The position numbers and the translations under genes were made by a program. Positions 28,694-39,350 of a DNA stretch of 64,000 nucleotides are shown piece after piece. The DNA comes from Spirochaetia bacterium. Its GTDB lineage: Bacteria > Spirochaetota > Spirochaetia > SZUA-6 > Bin103. The notes beneath the pieces were generated by a model that was given only the letters and a program-made list of their open reading frames with translations, searched no databases and was not told the DNA's origin. The first letter of the stretch is position 1. The number at the start of each line of letters is the position of its first letter. Location of the stretch: positions 224,001-288,000 of the forward strand of contig CBDAOI010000002.1 of the NCBI GenBank assembly GCA_965198005.1, given 5' to 3'.

Positions 28694-29499
28694 AGTTCCG
28701 AGCGTTCGCGAATCCGTTCCAGCGAGAGGCCGCGGCCGGTGGCCGGATCGACGGTCAGCAGCGCGCCGCAGATATCGGCCGGCCCTTCCGCCACTTCCAT
28801 CTTCAGCGGCATCTGGGTCAAGGCCCGGCGAATCACGATTCCCGTCTTCATCCCGATGATGCTGTCGCGGGGGCCGGTCATGCCGAGGTCGGTCAGGTAC
28901 GCGGTGCCCTTGGGCAGGATGCGCTCATCCGCCGTCTGCACGTGGGTGTGGGTTCCGACCACGGCCGCGACGGTACCGTCCAGGTGCAGCGCCAGCGCCT
29001 CCTTCTCCGACGGGCTCTCGGCGTGCAGGTCGACCACGATCACCGGCGTCAGCTTGCGCAACCGGGCAACTTCCGCGGTCGCCACCCGGAACGGGCAGCG
29101 CAGGTCGCTCATGCCGACCCGCCCTTCGAGATTCAGCACCCCGACTTTCACCGTACCCACGTCGACCACACACGTCCCCTTTCCCGGTACCGAGGACGGG
29201 TAGTTGTGCGGCCGCAGCAGCCGATCGTCACTCTCCAGCCGCGGCCAGATCTCCCGCTGCTGCCAGATGTGGTTGCCGCTGGTCATCACGTCGACGCCGT
29301 AGCCGGCCAGCTCATCCGCCTGAGCGACGGTCAGGCCGAATCCGGCCGCGGCGTTCTCGACGTTGGCGATCACCAAGCTGCTGCGCAGCCGTTTCCTGAG
29401 CTGAGCCAAGTGCAAAAACAGGGCGCGCATCCCGGACGGGCCCACCACGTCGCCCAGCAGCAGAATGCGCAGCGCTTCCGAAGCAGCCACCGGCGCCAC
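28690..29499 (-). CDS. ymdB: YmdB-like metallophosphoesterase
   Basis: GDVVG, NVENAAAG, SGNH, DLHAE..SEK, GTHTHVQTAD and TDLGMTGP. Confidence 0.92.
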   Translation of the reverse strand: MAPVAASEALRILLLGDVVGPSGMRALFLHLAQLRKRLRSSLVIANVENAAAGFGLTVAQADELAGYGVDVMTSGNHIWQQREIWPRLESDDRLLRPHNYPSSVPGKGTCVVDVGTVKVGVLNLEGRVGMSDLRCPFRVATAEVARLRKLTPVIVVDLHAESPSEKEALALHLDGTVAAVVGTHTHVQTADERILPKGTAYLTDLGMTGPRDSIIGMKTGIVIRRALTQMPLKMEVAEGPADICGALLTVDPATGRGLSLERIRERSEL

Positions 29500-31032
29500 T
29501 CAGCGCGTGTATTCGACCACGCGCGTTTCGCGGATTACGGTGACCTTGATGCGGCCGGGAAAGTGCATCTCCGCCTCGATCTGCTTGGCGATCTGCCGGC
29601 CGAGCTCGCGCGCCCCATCGTCCGACACGGTGTCGTTGCTCACCATCACCCGCAACTCGCGCCCAGCCTGGATGGCGTAGGTGCGGGCGACGCCGGGATA
29701 TGAGCCGGCTATGCGCTCCAGGTTCTCCAGCCGCTTCAGGTAGTGGTCCACGGACTCGCGCCGCGCTCCCGGCCGGGACGCCGAGATGGTGTCCGCGATC
29801 TGCACGATGATCGCCTCCACCCCCATCGGTTCCACGTCGTAGTGGTGGGCGCCGATCGCGTTGCAGACGACGTCGTGCTCGCCGCAGCGTTGCGCAAGCT
29901 GCATGCCGGTAACGGCGTGGCCGAGATCCTCGTCGGTCTCGATCGCCTTGCCGATGTCGTGCAGCAGCGACGCGCGCTTGCTGAATTCGACGTTGCTGCC
30001 GGTTTCGGCGGCGATGATCGCCCCCAGCAGCGCGGTTTCCCTGGCGTGGGCGAGCTGATTCTGGCCGTAGCTGGTGCGATACTTCAAACGCCCCAGGGTA
30101 CGCACCAGATCGCGGTGCAGATTGGGAATCTCCAGCTCGAACAGAACCCGCTCGGCGTCCTCCTCGAGCGACTTGTCCAGGTCGCGATGCACCTTGCGCA
30201 CCATCTCCTCGATCCGCGCCGGATGGATGCGGCCATCCGATACCAGCCGTTCCAGGGCGATGCGGGCCGTCTCCTTGCGCAACGGATCGAAGCACGACAG
30301 CACCACCGCCTCCGGCGTGTCGTCGATGATGATGTCGACCCCGGTGAGGTTCTCAAGCGCGCGTATGTTGCGACCCTCGCGGCCGATGATCCGCCCCTTC
30401 ATCTCGTCGTTCGGCAGACTCACCGACGCCACGCTCACCTCGGAGGTGGTCTCCGAGGCAAGCCGCTGCATGGCGTTGACCACCATCGACCGCGCCTTGC
30501 GTTCGGCCGTCTGGCGCGCTTCCGTCTCGATATTGTTGATCAGGGCCTGGGCGTCGTGTCGTGCCTCTTGCTCGATACTGCTGATCAGAAGCTTCTTCGC
30601 CTCTTCAGTGGTAAGCTGTGATACCCGCTCCAACTCCTTCAGCCACTGCTCGCCCGCGTGCTCGATCTCTGCTTCACGCTCGCGGAGCTTCCGCTCCCGG
30701 GCCATGTACGACTTCTCTTGGCGATCTACCGCCTCCAGCCGCTTTTCTAGGTTCTCTTCCCTCTGGAGCTGCCGCTGCTCGAGGCGCTGAATCTCGCTTC
30801 TCCGCGCCCGCGTTTCCTGCTCCAACTGACTACGCTCATGCAACAGCCTGTCTTGTGTCTCTAAGAGTGCTTCGCGCTTCCTGGCCTCTGCCTCTTGTGT
30901 CGCATCTTTGACTATCCGGTGCGCCTTCTGCTCGGAAGACGCCAGCTCAAGCCTGGCATACAGCCAGCGCACGAGCCAACCTAGTGCAATTCCAGCGGCG
31001 AGAGGAATGATGATCCACAGCACGTGCTGCAT
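29500..31032 (-). CDS. rny: Ribonuclease Y
   Basis: TM anchor, coiled coil, KH domain (KGRIIGREGRNIR) and HD domain (LLHDIGK). Confidence 0.97.
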   Translation of the reverse strand: MQHVLWIIIPLAAGIALGWLVRWLYARLELASSEQKAHRIVKDATQEAEARKREALLETQDRLLHERSQLEQETRARRSEIQRLEQRQLQREENLEKRLEAVDRQEKSYMARERKLREREAEIEHAGEQWLKELERVSQLTTEEAKKLLISSIEQEARHDAQALINNIETEARQTAERKARSMVVNAMQRLASETTSEVSVASVSLPNDEMKGRIIGREGRNIRALENLTGVDIIIDDTPEAVVLSCFDPLRKETARIALERLVSDGRIHPARIEEMVRKVHRDLDKSLEEDAERVLFELEIPNLHRDLVRTLGRLKYRTSYGQNQLAHARETALLGAIIAAETGSNVEFSKRASLLHDIGKAIETDEDLGHAVTGMQLAQRCGEHDVVCNAIGAHHYDVEPMGVEAIIVQIADTISASRPGARRESVDHYLKRLENLERIAGSYPGVARTYAIQAGRELRVMVSNDTVSDDGARELGRQIAKQIEAEMHFPGRIKVTVIRETRVVEYTR

Positions 31033-31089
31033 CTCCTTCCTCCACCCAACAACCGTATTTCAGCAGGGTACCGGCGCGGCGCCTGGTTG

Positions 31090-32373
31090 TCAAGGGCCGG
31101 GCTGCGACGCCGGCTGCAGGTCGAGCCGTGCGATCAGATGCTCCCAGGTCCACGGCTCGGCGGCCGCGGTGGCGCCGGACGCGAACACCAGATACGCAGC
31201 GCGTTCGTCCAGCAGCGCCGGGAGAAAGGCGAACTGGCGGGCAACCGCCGGGGGTTCCGGAAGCGGCGTGATGAGGTACCGCCGCGGCTTGAGATAGTCG
31301 TCGTACAGCGGTTCTCCCGGACCCGCCCGCAGTTCCCCGACCGCAGCCGCCAGCATCCCGCAGCCGACTTCGGGGGCGTAACCGCCGGCGTCCTCCACCA
31401 GCAGCGCGGCGCCCGCCGCGTCCAGCGCTGCGCGCAGCTCTTCCAGCACCCGCAGCCGTGCGGCCGGCGCCGGCGTATCCGGTGCGCCCGCCGCCAACCG
31501 GTCCGGCTCGGTGCCGCGTGCCGTCACCGGGAGGCCGCGCGCCGCAGCCAGCCGCCCGCCCGCCGCCAACTCGTCCAGCCGCTCCTCGGTCATCGCCGAC
31601 TGGGCCAGCCGGCGCAGTGACCGCCGGCGCGCCGCGGCCAGCCGCCCGGGCTGGTCATCGCCGTACAGTTCCTGCTTGATCCGGTAGACGCCGTCCTCCA
31701 GGATTACGCTCCGGCGCGCCTCGACCACGGCCGCCACGAACTCCTGGAGATCGAACACCGGGGCGGCCTCCCCGGGCGCGGGCAGCGGTAGGGCCGCGAG
31801 CGCAACTCGGGCGCGCGGTGACGGCGCGGGAGGTTGCGGCGGTGCGATGGCCCCGGTGGCCGCCGGAGGTCGCTGCGCGGCCGGCGCCAGCGCCGCGTCG
31901 ATCAGCCGTTCGATCGCGGTGCCGTCGAGCGTGACCGCCGGCGCGGCCACGCGCCGGGCCGTGACCTCCACCAGTTGCTGCCAACCGGCCTCGAAGCGCG
32001 CCTCGAAGCGGCGCAACCGGCGGCGCGACAGGCGCGGCCGGCGGCCGAGGAGCCGGTCCCGGACCTCGCCCTTGTGGGCCTGCAGCTCACGCCGCCAGCG
32101 ATCACTGCCGAGACTGCCGGAGGTTCCCGCCAGCTCCTCCAGAAACCTGATCCGAAACCGCTCGAACCGCTCGACCAGCTCGGCCAGTGGGTCGGGCCGC
32201 AGCTCAAGCACCCTCAACAGCAGGAGAAACAACCCACCGGCGAGCGCCGCCGCCGTCAGCCGGCACGCGGCCGGGGCGGCGTCCGGCAGCCAGCCGCCGA
32301 GCGCGCCGGCAGCTTCGAGGCCGACCAGCACGGCCGCGGCCAGGACCATGCTCCGGATCACCTTCGGATACAT
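31090..32373 (-). CDS. Hypothetical membrane-anchored protein
   Basis: Long ORF co-oriented with its neighbours, two N-terminal hydrophobic helices, no recognised motif. Confidence 0.65.
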   Translation of the reverse strand: MYPKVIRSMVLAAAVLVGLEAAGALGGWLPDAAPAACRLTAAALAGGLFLLLLRVLELRPDPLAELVERFERFRIRFLEELAGTSGSLGSDRWRRELQAHKGEVRDRLLGRRPRLSRRRLRRFEARFEAGWQQLVEVTARRVAAPAVTLDGTAIERLIDAALAPAAQRPPAATGAIAPPQPPAPSPRARVALAALPLPAPGEAAPVFDLQEFVAAVVEARRSVILEDGVYRIKQELYGDDQPGRLAAARRRSLRRLAQSAMTEERLDELAAGGRLAAARGLPVTARGTEPDRLAAGAPDTPAPAARLRVLEELRAALDAAGAALLVEDAGGYAPEVGCGMLAAAVGELRAGPGEPLYDDYLKPRRYLITPLPEPPAVARQFAFLPALLDERAAYLVFASGATAAAEPWTWEHLIARLDLQPASQPGP

Positions 32374-32383
32374 GCCGGCCCGC

Positions 32384-33010
32384 CTACCCGCCGGCGGCGA
32401 ATGCGCCGCTCAGCACTGCGGCCCAATTGGCCGCCAGCACACCGCCCAACACGACCACTCCCGCCGGCGGCTGCCGCCGCCCCCCCCGCTCCGGCCGCTC
32501 CCCGGTGTGCTCCCCCGCCAACGCGACCTCGCGCTGGGCCGCGAGCAGCAACCGGTCGAGCCGCCCCGCCGGATCGCGCGCCAGCAGCTTGAGGTCGGCG
32601 TCCAGGAAATAGCGCACGTACGCCAGGGTAAGTGAGATCAGCGCGCCGGCCGTACCGGGCAGCTCAAGATCACGTCGAATGGCAACCCGGGACAGGAGCA
32701 ACAGGTTGCTCAATGCCAGCGCCTTGCCCAGTCCGGCGCGCAACGCGCCGGCCGTGATCGGGAAACCGACCACCTCGATCAGCACGCGTCCGCCCGGAGC
32801 AGCGAGGTTGAAGCAGACCACCGCGGCGAAGAACACCCCCGTGCGCAGCCAGCGCAGGCGCCGGCCCGCGCTCAGCGCCAGGGCCCCGAGCACCACCATC
32901 TGCATACCCCGGAGCGTGACCGACGCCGGCAGCAGCAACGGCGGCGCCAGCGCGCACGCCCACAGCACCAGGACGCGGGCGGAAACACCGCGGTCCAACC
33001 AGCCGGTCAC
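32384..33010 (-). CDS. Hypothetical integral membrane protein, weakly ECF T-component-like
   Basis: Several hydrophobic segments; FNLAAPGGRVL...ITAGALRAGLGKAL resembles EcfT/CbiQ. Confidence 0.55.
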   Translation of the reverse strand: MTGWLDRGVSARVLVLWACALAPPLLLPASVTLRGMQMVVLGALALSAGRRLRWLRTGVFFAAVVCFNLAAPGGRVLIEVVGFPITAGALRAGLGKALALSNLLLLSRVAIRRDLELPGTAGALISLTLAYVRYFLDADLKLLARDPAGRLDRLLLAAQREVALAGEHTGERPERGGRRQPPAGVVVLGGVLAANWAAVLSGAFAAGG

Positions 33011-33085
33011 CGGTGTCCCTCCTGCACGGGCCCATGCCGGCGCGCTCTGACCGCGCCCGCCGGCGGAGCAGCGTCCCCGCCAGGG

Positions 33086-33541
33086 CTAGGCGTCGTCCGC
33101 CGGCTCGGCCTGGCGGGCGGCCGGTTGTGGGCGCCCGCCACCGCCCGTCCGGCGCCGCGCCGAACCGTCGGCTTCGCCGTGCGCGGCGCCGTCGACCAGT
33201 TCCAGCACCACCATCTCGGAGGCATCGCCGTAGCGTTGGCCAAGCTTGACCACCCGCGTATAGCCGCCGGGACGATCCCGAAACCGCACCGCGATATCGG
33301 TAAACAGTTTGGCCAGGACTTCCTTGTCGCTGATGCGGCGCGCCGCTTGACGACGGTTGTGCACACTGTCCTGCCGCGCGCGCGTAATCAGCCGCTCCGC
33401 GGTCCGCGCGACCGCCCGCGCCTTGGCCAGGGTAGTGCGAATCCCTTCATACCGAAACAGCGCCGTTACCATGCTCCGGTGCAGCGCGTGTCGGTGGCTG
33501 GCCCGCCGGTCGAGCCGGTTGAAGCCGATCCTATGCTTCAT
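33086..33541 (-). CDS. rplQ: 50S ribosomal protein L17
   Basis: [12 protein letters not shown] and [17 protein letters not shown]. Confidence 0.97.
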   Translation of the reverse strand: MKHRIGFNRLDRRASHRHALHRSMVTALFRYEGIRTTLAKARAVARTAERLITRARQDSVHNRRQAARRISDKEVLAKLFTDIAVRFRDRPGGYTRVVKLGQRYGDASEMVVLELVDGAAHGEADGSARRRTGGGGRPQPAARQAEPADDA

Positions 33542-34874
33542 CGACGTCGCCTACCGGTCCGACCGGCTCGGGCCGCGGCTCCTCCACGGTCGCCACCGGC
33601 ACGGTCTCCGCCACCGGCACACTCTCCGGCACACTCTCCGCCACCGGCACACTCTCCGCCACCGGCACACTCTCCGCCGCCGGCACGCTCTCCGCCGCCG
33701 GCACACTCTCCGCCACCGGCACACTCTCCGCCGCCGGCACACTCTCCGCCGCCGGCACACTCTCCGCCGCCGGCACGCTCTCCGCCGCCGCCGCCCTCTC
33801 CGCCGCGGCCGCCCTCTCCGCCGCGGCCGCCCGCTCCGCCACCGGCCGCGGGTCGTTCAACTCCTCCCTGATTTGACGATAGTCGGTCAAACCGAGCCGC
33901 AGGTTGCGTTCCGCCAGCTTGCTCTTGATCTCGTCAAGCGACTTCTTGCCGAAGTTGCGCGTCTTGGCGATCTCCTCCTCGGTCTTGGCTACCAGATCGC
34001 CGATCGTGAGAATATTGGCGCTGCGCAGGCAGTTGCTCGGACGAACCGACAGCTCCAACTCCTCCACCGACGTGTCGAGCAGCTCCTGGATGCGCGCATC
34101 TTCCTCATCGAAATCCTCGTCGTTGCGCCCCTCGGTATCGTCGAAGTTGATGAAGATGGTGAAGTGGTCCTTGGCGATCTTGGCCGCCTCCGCCAGCGCG
34201 TCTTCCGGGGTGATCGTACCGTCCGTGGTCAGTTCCAGAATCAGCTTGTCGAAGTCGGTGCGCTGGCCGACCCGGGTATTCTCAACCGAGTACTTCGCTT
34301 TCAGAATCGGCGAGTAGATCGCGTCGACCGCGATCGTACCGACCACCTCGATGTATTGTTCGTGACGCTCGGCCGGCACGTAGCCGCGGCCCAACTCGAT
34401 CTGGATCTCGATCGCCAGGTTGGCGTCCTCCATCAGGGTAGCCAACTTGAGCTCGGGATTGAGCACCTTCACCTGTGAATCAGCGGCGACGTCGGCGCCG
34501 GTAAGCTGCCCCGGTCCCGTGGCCTCGAGCATGATCGTCTTCTGCTCGAGCTCGTCGTCGAGCGCGACTTTGAGCTGCTTCAGCGAGTTGATGACGTCGG
34601 GCGTGTCCTCGACGACGTGTGGGATCGAATCGAACTCGCTGGACAGGATGCGCGGGGTGCCGTCGGCATCGTAGCTGGTTACGTGAATCGCGGACACGGC
34701 GTAGCCCTGGATCGATGAAAGCAGGATGCGCCGCAGCGTATTGCCTACCGTCACTCCGTAGCCACGTTCGAACGGGTAAGCGATGAAGCGTCCGAAGTCC
34801 GCGGTGACCTCGCCGTGCTCGAAGGTGATGCCTTTGGGCCTCTTGAGCCCCTTCAGCAGACTCTTGCGTGCCAT
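33531..34874 (-). CDS. rpoA: RNA polymerase alpha subunit with repetitive C-terminal extension
   Basis: [35 protein letters not shown] and [11 protein letters not shown]. Confidence 0.98.
   Translation of the reverse strand: MARKSLLKGLKRPKGITFEHGEVTADFGRFIAYPFERGYGVTVGNTLRRILLSSIQGYAVSAIHVTSYDADGTPRILSSEFDSIPHVVEDTPDVINSLKQLKVALDDELEQKTIMLEATGPGQLTGADVAADSQVKVLNPELKLATLMEDANLAIEIQIELGRGYVPAERHEQYIEVVGTIAVDAIYSPILKAKYSVENTRVGQRTDFDKLILELTTDGTITPEDALAEAAKIAKDHFTIFINFDDTEGRNDEDFDEEDARIQELLDTSVEELELSVRPSNCLRSANILTIGDLVAKTEEEIAKTRNFGKKSLDEIKSKLAERNLRLGLTDYRQIREELNDPRPVAERAAAAERAAAAERAAAAESVPAAESVPAAESVPAAESVPVAESVPAAESVPAAESVPVAESVPVAESVPESVPVAETVPVATVEEPRPEPVGPVGDVDEA
33592..33845. repeat. In-frame 18-bp tandem repeat ([18 protein letters not shown]) in the rpoA 3' end
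   Basis: About 13-14 units of CCGGCACACTCTCCGCC(G/A)-like sequence, one shortened to 12 bp. Confidence 0.95.
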
Positions 34875-34883
34875 CGACGTCTC

Positions 34884-35519
34884 CTACTTCGAGTACAGCT
34901 CGACGATGAGCTGCTCGTTGATGCCGGCCAGGTCGGGGATGTCGCTGCGTTGCGGAATGGCGCGCACCGAACCGGAGAGCGCGTCCGGATCCACCTCCAA
35001 CCAAGGCACCACTCCGGAACGCGAGTACTCCTTGAGCCCGTCCTTGATCACCGTCAGCCGCTTGGCGCGTTCGTGCACGGCGATGGTGTCGTTCTCCTTC
35101 ACCAGATACGAAGGGATGTTGACTCGGCGATTGTTGACCAGGATGTGGCCGTGGGACACGAGCTGCCGAGCCTGCTTGCGGGACGAGGCGAAGTGCAGCC
35201 GGTACACGATATTGTCAAGCCGCTTCTCCAGCAGCCGGATCAGATTCTCGCCGGTCACGCCGCGTTCGCGCGCCGCCTTGGCGAAGAGATTCCTGAACTG
35301 GCGCTCGAACATTCCGTACATCCGCTTGACCTTCTGCTTCTCGCGGAACTGCACCCCGTAGTCGGAGATCTTCTGCAGGCGCGCGCGCGGTGCCTTGCCC
35401 GGCTTGCCCTTGCGCTTGGTGATCTGACACTTCGGACTGTGGCAGCGGTCTCCCTTGAGGAACAACTTCACCCCTTCCGTCCGACACAGGCGGCACGCCG
35501 GTCCCAGGTATCTTCCCAT
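34884..35519 (-). CDS. rpsD: 30S ribosomal protein S4
   Basis: MGRYLGPACRLCRTEG and LEKRLDNIVYR. Confidence 0.97.
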   Translation of the reverse strand: MGRYLGPACRLCRTEGVKLFLKGDRCHSPKCQITKRKGKPGKAPRARLQKISDYGVQFREKQKVKRMYGMFERQFRNLFAKAARERGVTGENLIRLLEKRLDNIVYRLHFASSRKQARQLVSHGHILVNNRRVNIPSYLVKENDTIAVHERAKRLTVIKDGLKEYSRSGVVPWLEVDPDALSGSVRAIPQRSDIPDLAGINEQLIVELYSK

Positions 35520-35529
35520 ACGCCGCCTC

Positions 35530-35901
35530 CTAAGCCCGCCGCTTCTTCTGTGGGCGGCAGCCGTTGTGTGGGATCGGGGTAACGTTGCGAATGGCACGCA
35601 CCCGAAGTCCCAGCGCTCCCAGCGAACGAATCGCGGACTCGGCACCGCCGCCGGGTCCCTTGACGAACACGCTCACTTCGAGCAGACCGTACTCCATCGC
35701 CTTGCGAGCCGCGGTCTCGGCGGTGTTCTGGGCCGCAAACGGGGTGGACTTCTTGGCACCACGAAATCCCAACGACCCGGCCGATGCCCAAGCGACGGTG
35801 TTCCCCAGCGTGTCGGTAATGGTCACTACGGTATTGTTGAACGTCGCCTGAATGTAGACGTTGCCCTGGCTTACCTGTTTTCTCGGTCCTCTCTTAGCCA
35901 C
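35530..35901 (-). CDS. rpsK: 30S ribosomal protein S11
   Basis: [15 protein letters not shown] and [10 protein letters not shown]. Confidence 0.97.
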   Translation of the reverse strand: MAKRGPRKQVSQGNVYIQATFNNTVVTITDTLGNTVAWASAGSLGFRGAKKSTPFAAQNTAETAARKAMEYGLLEVSVFVKGPGGGAESAIRSLGALGLRVRAIRNVTPIPHNGCRPQKKRRA

Positions 35902-35913
35902 TCGCTCTCCTAG

Positions 35914-36294
35914 CTATTTGGCGGACGGCGCCTTGCGCCTACCCGCCACCGTCTTGCGCTTGCCCTTCCGGATGCGCGCATTGGTACGGGTACGCTGGCC
36001 CCGCACCGGCAGCCCGCGCCGGTGGCGGATGCCGCGGTAACAGCCGATGTCCATCAGCCGTTTGATATGCATCGACACCTCCGTGCGGAGGCGTCCTTCC
36101 ACCTGATAGTCGTTCTCGATTACCTGCCGCAGACGAGTCACCTCGTCCGCGGTAAGGTCGCTAACCCGTACCTCGGGATCCACTCCGACGGTGGCGCAAA
36201 TCCTGCTCGCCGACGAGCGCCCGATCCCGAAGATGTAGGTCAGCGCAATATCGACATGCTTGTTCGGTAAATCAATCCCCGCTATCCGTGCCAA
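35914..36294 (-). CDS. rpsM: 30S ribosomal protein S13
   Basis: [10 protein letters not shown] and [14 protein letters not shown]. Confidence 0.97.
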   Translation of the reverse strand: MARIAGIDLPNKHVDIALTYIFGIGRSSASRICATVGVDPEVRVSDLTADEVTRLRQVIENDYQVEGRLRTEVSMHIKRLMDIGCYRGIRHRRGLPVRGQRTRTNARIRKGKRKTVAGRRKAPSAK

Positions 36295-36333
36295 CAGCTA
36301 CCTCCATGCAGGTGCGCAAATCCGCATGCGCAC

Positions 36334-36450
36334 CTAACCCTTCTGCCGCTGCTTGTGCTTGGGGTTCTCACAGATCACGCGGACCACCCCACGGCGGCGA
36401 ATCACCTTACACTTGGTGCACATTTTCTTGACGCTCACGCGTACCTTCAT
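36334..36450 (-). CDS. rpmJ: 50S ribosomal protein L36
   Basis: Translated by hand: [38 protein letters not shown]. Confidence 0.96.
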   Translation of the reverse strand: MKVRVSVKKMCTKCKVIRRRGVVRVICENPKHKQRQKG

Positions 36451-36465
36451 GGTCATGCTCCTCGA

Positions 36466-37788
36466 TCACAGATTGCGCGACCGGATGCGCCCCTTCTTGG
36501 TCAATCCCTCATGATGGTGCATCCGCAGATGTCCCTCGATCTGGCTCATGGTATCCAGATCCACCCCGACCATGATCAGCAGTGAGGTGCCGCCCATGAG
36601 AAACGCGACCGAGGGCGGAAACGCGAACAACGTCTGAATGATCGACGGGATGATCGCGATGAACGCCAGGAACAGAGCCCCGGGCAGGATGATTCGATTC
36701 AGGACGCGGGTCAAGTACTCACGCATGTTCTCGGAGCTGATGCCCCTGATCGAACCGCCGTTCTCCCGAATCTGGCGTGCGATCTCCACCGGATTGAGGG
36801 TTACCTGCGTGTAGAAGTACGCGAAGAAGATGATCAGCAGCGCGTACACCACGACGTAGGGCACGCCGTTGGGGTTCAACCACGCCGCGAACCGCGACAG
36901 CCACGCCTGGCTGCCGCCCAGGTTCTGGGCGATCTGCAGCGGGAAGATCATAATCGACGATGCGAAGATCACCGGGATGACGCCGGACGGATTTATCTTG
37001 AACGGCAGGTAGGCGTTCTGGGCGCCGTACACCTTGCGCCCGACCACCCGCTTGGCGTAGTTGACCGGGATCTTGCGCTGGCCCTGCTGTTCATACACGA
37101 TCAGCGCGATCACGCCGACGAACACGCCGAACACCACGATCGCGTACACCGGGTTCAGATCCTGCTGCTGAATCTGGGTGATGATGATCCAGATGGCGTT
37201 CGGGATGCGCGCGACGATACCGGCAAAGATCAGCAAGGAGATGCCATTGCCGATGCCGCGCTGGGTAATCTGCTCACCGACCCACATCAGGAAGACGGTG
37301 CCCGCGGTGACCGTGATCATCGCGATGATCGTATACGGCAGGCGCGCCATGGTGATTGCGTCGGGAATCGAGTTGGCGAACTCGGTGACCGAGAATGCCT
37401 GAATCAGGCACACGAACACCGTGCCGTAGCGGGTGTAGCGCTGAATCCGCTGGCGTCCTCCCTCCTCCTGCGAGATCTTCTTCAGCTTCGGGAACACCAT
37501 CAGCAGCAGCTGCATGATGATGGAGGTGGTGATGTAGGGCACGATCCCCAGCATGAAGACGGAGAAATTCGTGAATGCACCACCTGAGAAAAAATCGAAG
37601 TAATCGGTGATGCCCACCGTTCCCGAGCTCTGCTGGGCGGTGAAGAAGGCGTTCAGCGCGGTAACGTTGACGCCCGGAATCGGCAGCACGGCACCGAGCC
37701 GGAACACCAGCAGCATGGCGACGGTGAACAGAATCCGATCACGCAGATCCTTGATCCGGAAGATGTCAACCAGTGGGTTGGACGCCAT
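36466..37788 (-). CDS. secY: Preprotein translocase subunit SecY
   Basis: LGIVPYITTSII, GIGNGISLLIFAGI and GGTSLLIMVGV. Confidence 0.98.
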   Translation of the reverse strand: MASNPLVDIFRIKDLRDRILFTVAMLLVFRLGAVLPIPGVNVTALNAFFTAQQSSGTVGITDYFDFFSGGAFTNFSVFMLGIVPYITTSIIMQLLLMVFPKLKKISQEEGGRQRIQRYTRYGTVFVCLIQAFSVTEFANSIPDAITMARLPYTIIAMITVTAGTVFLMWVGEQITQRGIGNGISLLIFAGIVARIPNAIWIIITQIQQQDLNPVYAIVVFGVFVGVIALIVYEQQGQRKIPVNYAKRVVGRKVYGAQNAYLPFKINPSGVIPVIFASSIMIFPLQIAQNLGGSQAWLSRFAAWLNPNGVPYVVVYALLIIFFAYFYTQVTLNPVEIARQIRENGGSIRGISSENMREYLTRVLNRIILPGALFLAFIAIIPSIIQTLFAFPPSVAFLMGGTSLLIMVGVDLDTMSQIEGHLRMHHHEGLTKKGRIRSRNL

Positions 37789-37790
37789 GG

Positions 37791-38270
37791 CTACCCGCCG
37801 TCGCCGCCGGGACGCGCCACCAGGGTAACGCTGCCGCCGGCCGCCTCTATCTTCTGCCGCGCGCTCCGGGACACTTGGTCCACGCGGACCTCGAGGCCAC
37901 GGTCGATGGTGCCGTTACCCAGAATCTTCACCGCCACGTTCGGGGACTTGATCAACCCGCACGCGGCGAGCGATTCGGCCGACACCGTCGCTCCCGCCTC
38001 GAACCGTTCCAGCGCGACGAGATTCACCACCGTATATTCGACGCGGAACCGGCTGTTGGAGAATCCGCGCCGTGCAACCCGCCGGTAGAGCGGCATCTGG
38101 CCACCCTCGAATCCCGGCCGCACGCCACCGCCGGAACGCGCGTTCTGGCCCTTGGTGCCGCGGCCCGCGGTGCCGCCGCGCCCGCTGCCGGTCCCACGGC
38201 CCACGATCCGGCGCGGCCGTGTGGCCCCCGCCGGCCGCCGCGGTCCGTCCATCGAGAGTCGTACCGTCAC
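37791..38270 (-). CDS. rplO: 50S ribosomal protein L15
   Basis: GRGTGSGRGGTAGRGTKGQNAR and FEGGQMPL; start approximate. Confidence 0.96.
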   Translation of the reverse strand: MTVRLSMDGPRRPAGATRPRRIVGRGTGSGRGGTAGRGTKGQNARSGGGVRPGFEGGQMPLYRRVARRGFSNSRFRVEYTVVNLVALERFEAGATVSAESLAACGLIKSPNVAVKILGNGTIDRGLEVRVDQVSRSARQKIEAAGGSVTLVARPGGDGG

Positions 38271-38476
38271 GCTTCCTCCGCCGTGGTCTCGCTCCAATCC
38301 AGCAGGTACGATACCTGATTCAACATGCCCATGACCGCCGGGCTGGCGGTCTGCTCCACGGTTTGCCCGATGCGGCGCAGGCCGAGCGCCTGCACCGTCC
38401 GGCGGTGAGACGGCTTGCGCCCGATCGGGCTGCGCACCAGCCGCACCGTGAGGGTCCGAGCGTTGCCTACCCCCAT
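38267..38476 (-). CDS. rpmD: 50S ribosomal protein L30
   Basis: LVRSPIG...[10 protein letters not shown] and operon position. Confidence 0.93.
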   Translation of the reverse strand: MGVGNARTLTVRLVRSPIGRKPSHRRTVQALGLRRIGQTVEQTASPAVMGMLNQVSYLLDWSETTAEEA

Positions 38477-38988
38477 AGCTCCCGTACCGTCTTGCCGCGG
38501 TTGGCGGCCACCACGCGCGCGTCCATAAGCGTTCCGAATCCCTTGAACACCGCCTTGACGATGTTCATCGAGTTCTGCGAGCCGAGCGACTTGCTGAGCA
38601 CGTCGGTCACGCCCGCCGCCTCCATTACCGCGCGCACCGGCCCGCCGGCTATGATCCCGGTACCGGGCGCGGCGGGCTTCAGCAGCACGTTCGACCCCTT
38701 GAATACGCCGTTCACCGTATGCGGAAGGGTCGTGCTTCGGCGCGGCACCTGCACCATGTTGCGCCGGGCGCGCTCGCTGCTCTTGCGGATCGCGTCGGCG
38801 ACGTAGTTCGCCTTCCCGAACCCGTAACCGACCCGCCCGTTGCGGTCGCCGACCACTACCAGAGCCGAGAACGAGAACCGCCGTCCGCCCTTTACCACTT
38901 TGGCGATGCGGTTCAACCGCACCAGTTTCTCGAACAGGTCACTCTCGCGGCGGTCGTTGAAACCACGCGCTCCCATCCGGCTGCTCAT
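38467..38988 (-). CDS. rpsE: 30S ribosomal protein S5
   Basis: [19 protein letters not shown]. Confidence 0.97.
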   Translation of the reverse strand: MSSRMGARGFNDRRESDLFEKLVRLNRIAKVVKGGRRFSFSALVVVGDRNGRVGYGFGKANYVADAIRKSSERARRNMVQVPRRSTTLPHTVNGVFKGSNVLLKPAAPGTGIIAGGPVRAVMEAAGVTDVLSKSLGSQNSMNIVKAVFKGFGTLMDARVVAANRGKTVRELWG

Positions 38989-39350
38989 AACGTAATCCCC
39001 GCTTTGCGTACCGCGTCGGCCAGCGAGCGAATCATCCCATGATACGCATAGCCGTTACGATCGCACACTACCCGGCCGATGGACTGCTCCTGCAGGCGAC
39101 TGCCCACCACCGCCCCGAGGCCGGCGGCTCCGTCCACCGTGTTGGGCAGGTCGCGCAGCGCCGGCTCGCGGTTGGACGCCGATACCAGCGTATGGCCGCG
39201 TCCGTCGTCGATGATCTGGACGTAGGTGTAGTGGTTGCTCTTGTACACCGTCAGCCGCGGCCTCTCCGCCGTTCCCCGTATGCGCTGCCGAATACGCACC
39301 TTGCGCCGCAGCCACCGCCGCCGCTTGGGGCTCACGCCGCCACGACTCAT
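38985..39350 (-). CDS. rplR: 50S ribosomal protein L18
   Basis: [14 protein letters not shown] and DRNGYAYHG. Confidence 0.96.
   Translation of the reverse strand: MSRGGVSPKRRRWLRRKVRIRQRIRGTAERPRLTVYKSNHYTYVQIIDDGRGHTLVSASNREPALRDLPNTVDGAAGLGAVVGSRLQEQSIGRVVCDRNGYAYHGMIRSLADAVRKAGITL

Noticed and set aside
33592-33845. Repeat array considered as a CRISPR
   Set aside because: Contiguous 18-bp units without unique spacers, in frame within rpoA; no cas genes in the window.
36334-36470. Absence of adk, map and infA between secY and rpmJ
   Set aside because: Common lineage-level variation in this operon; not evidence of anything unusual.
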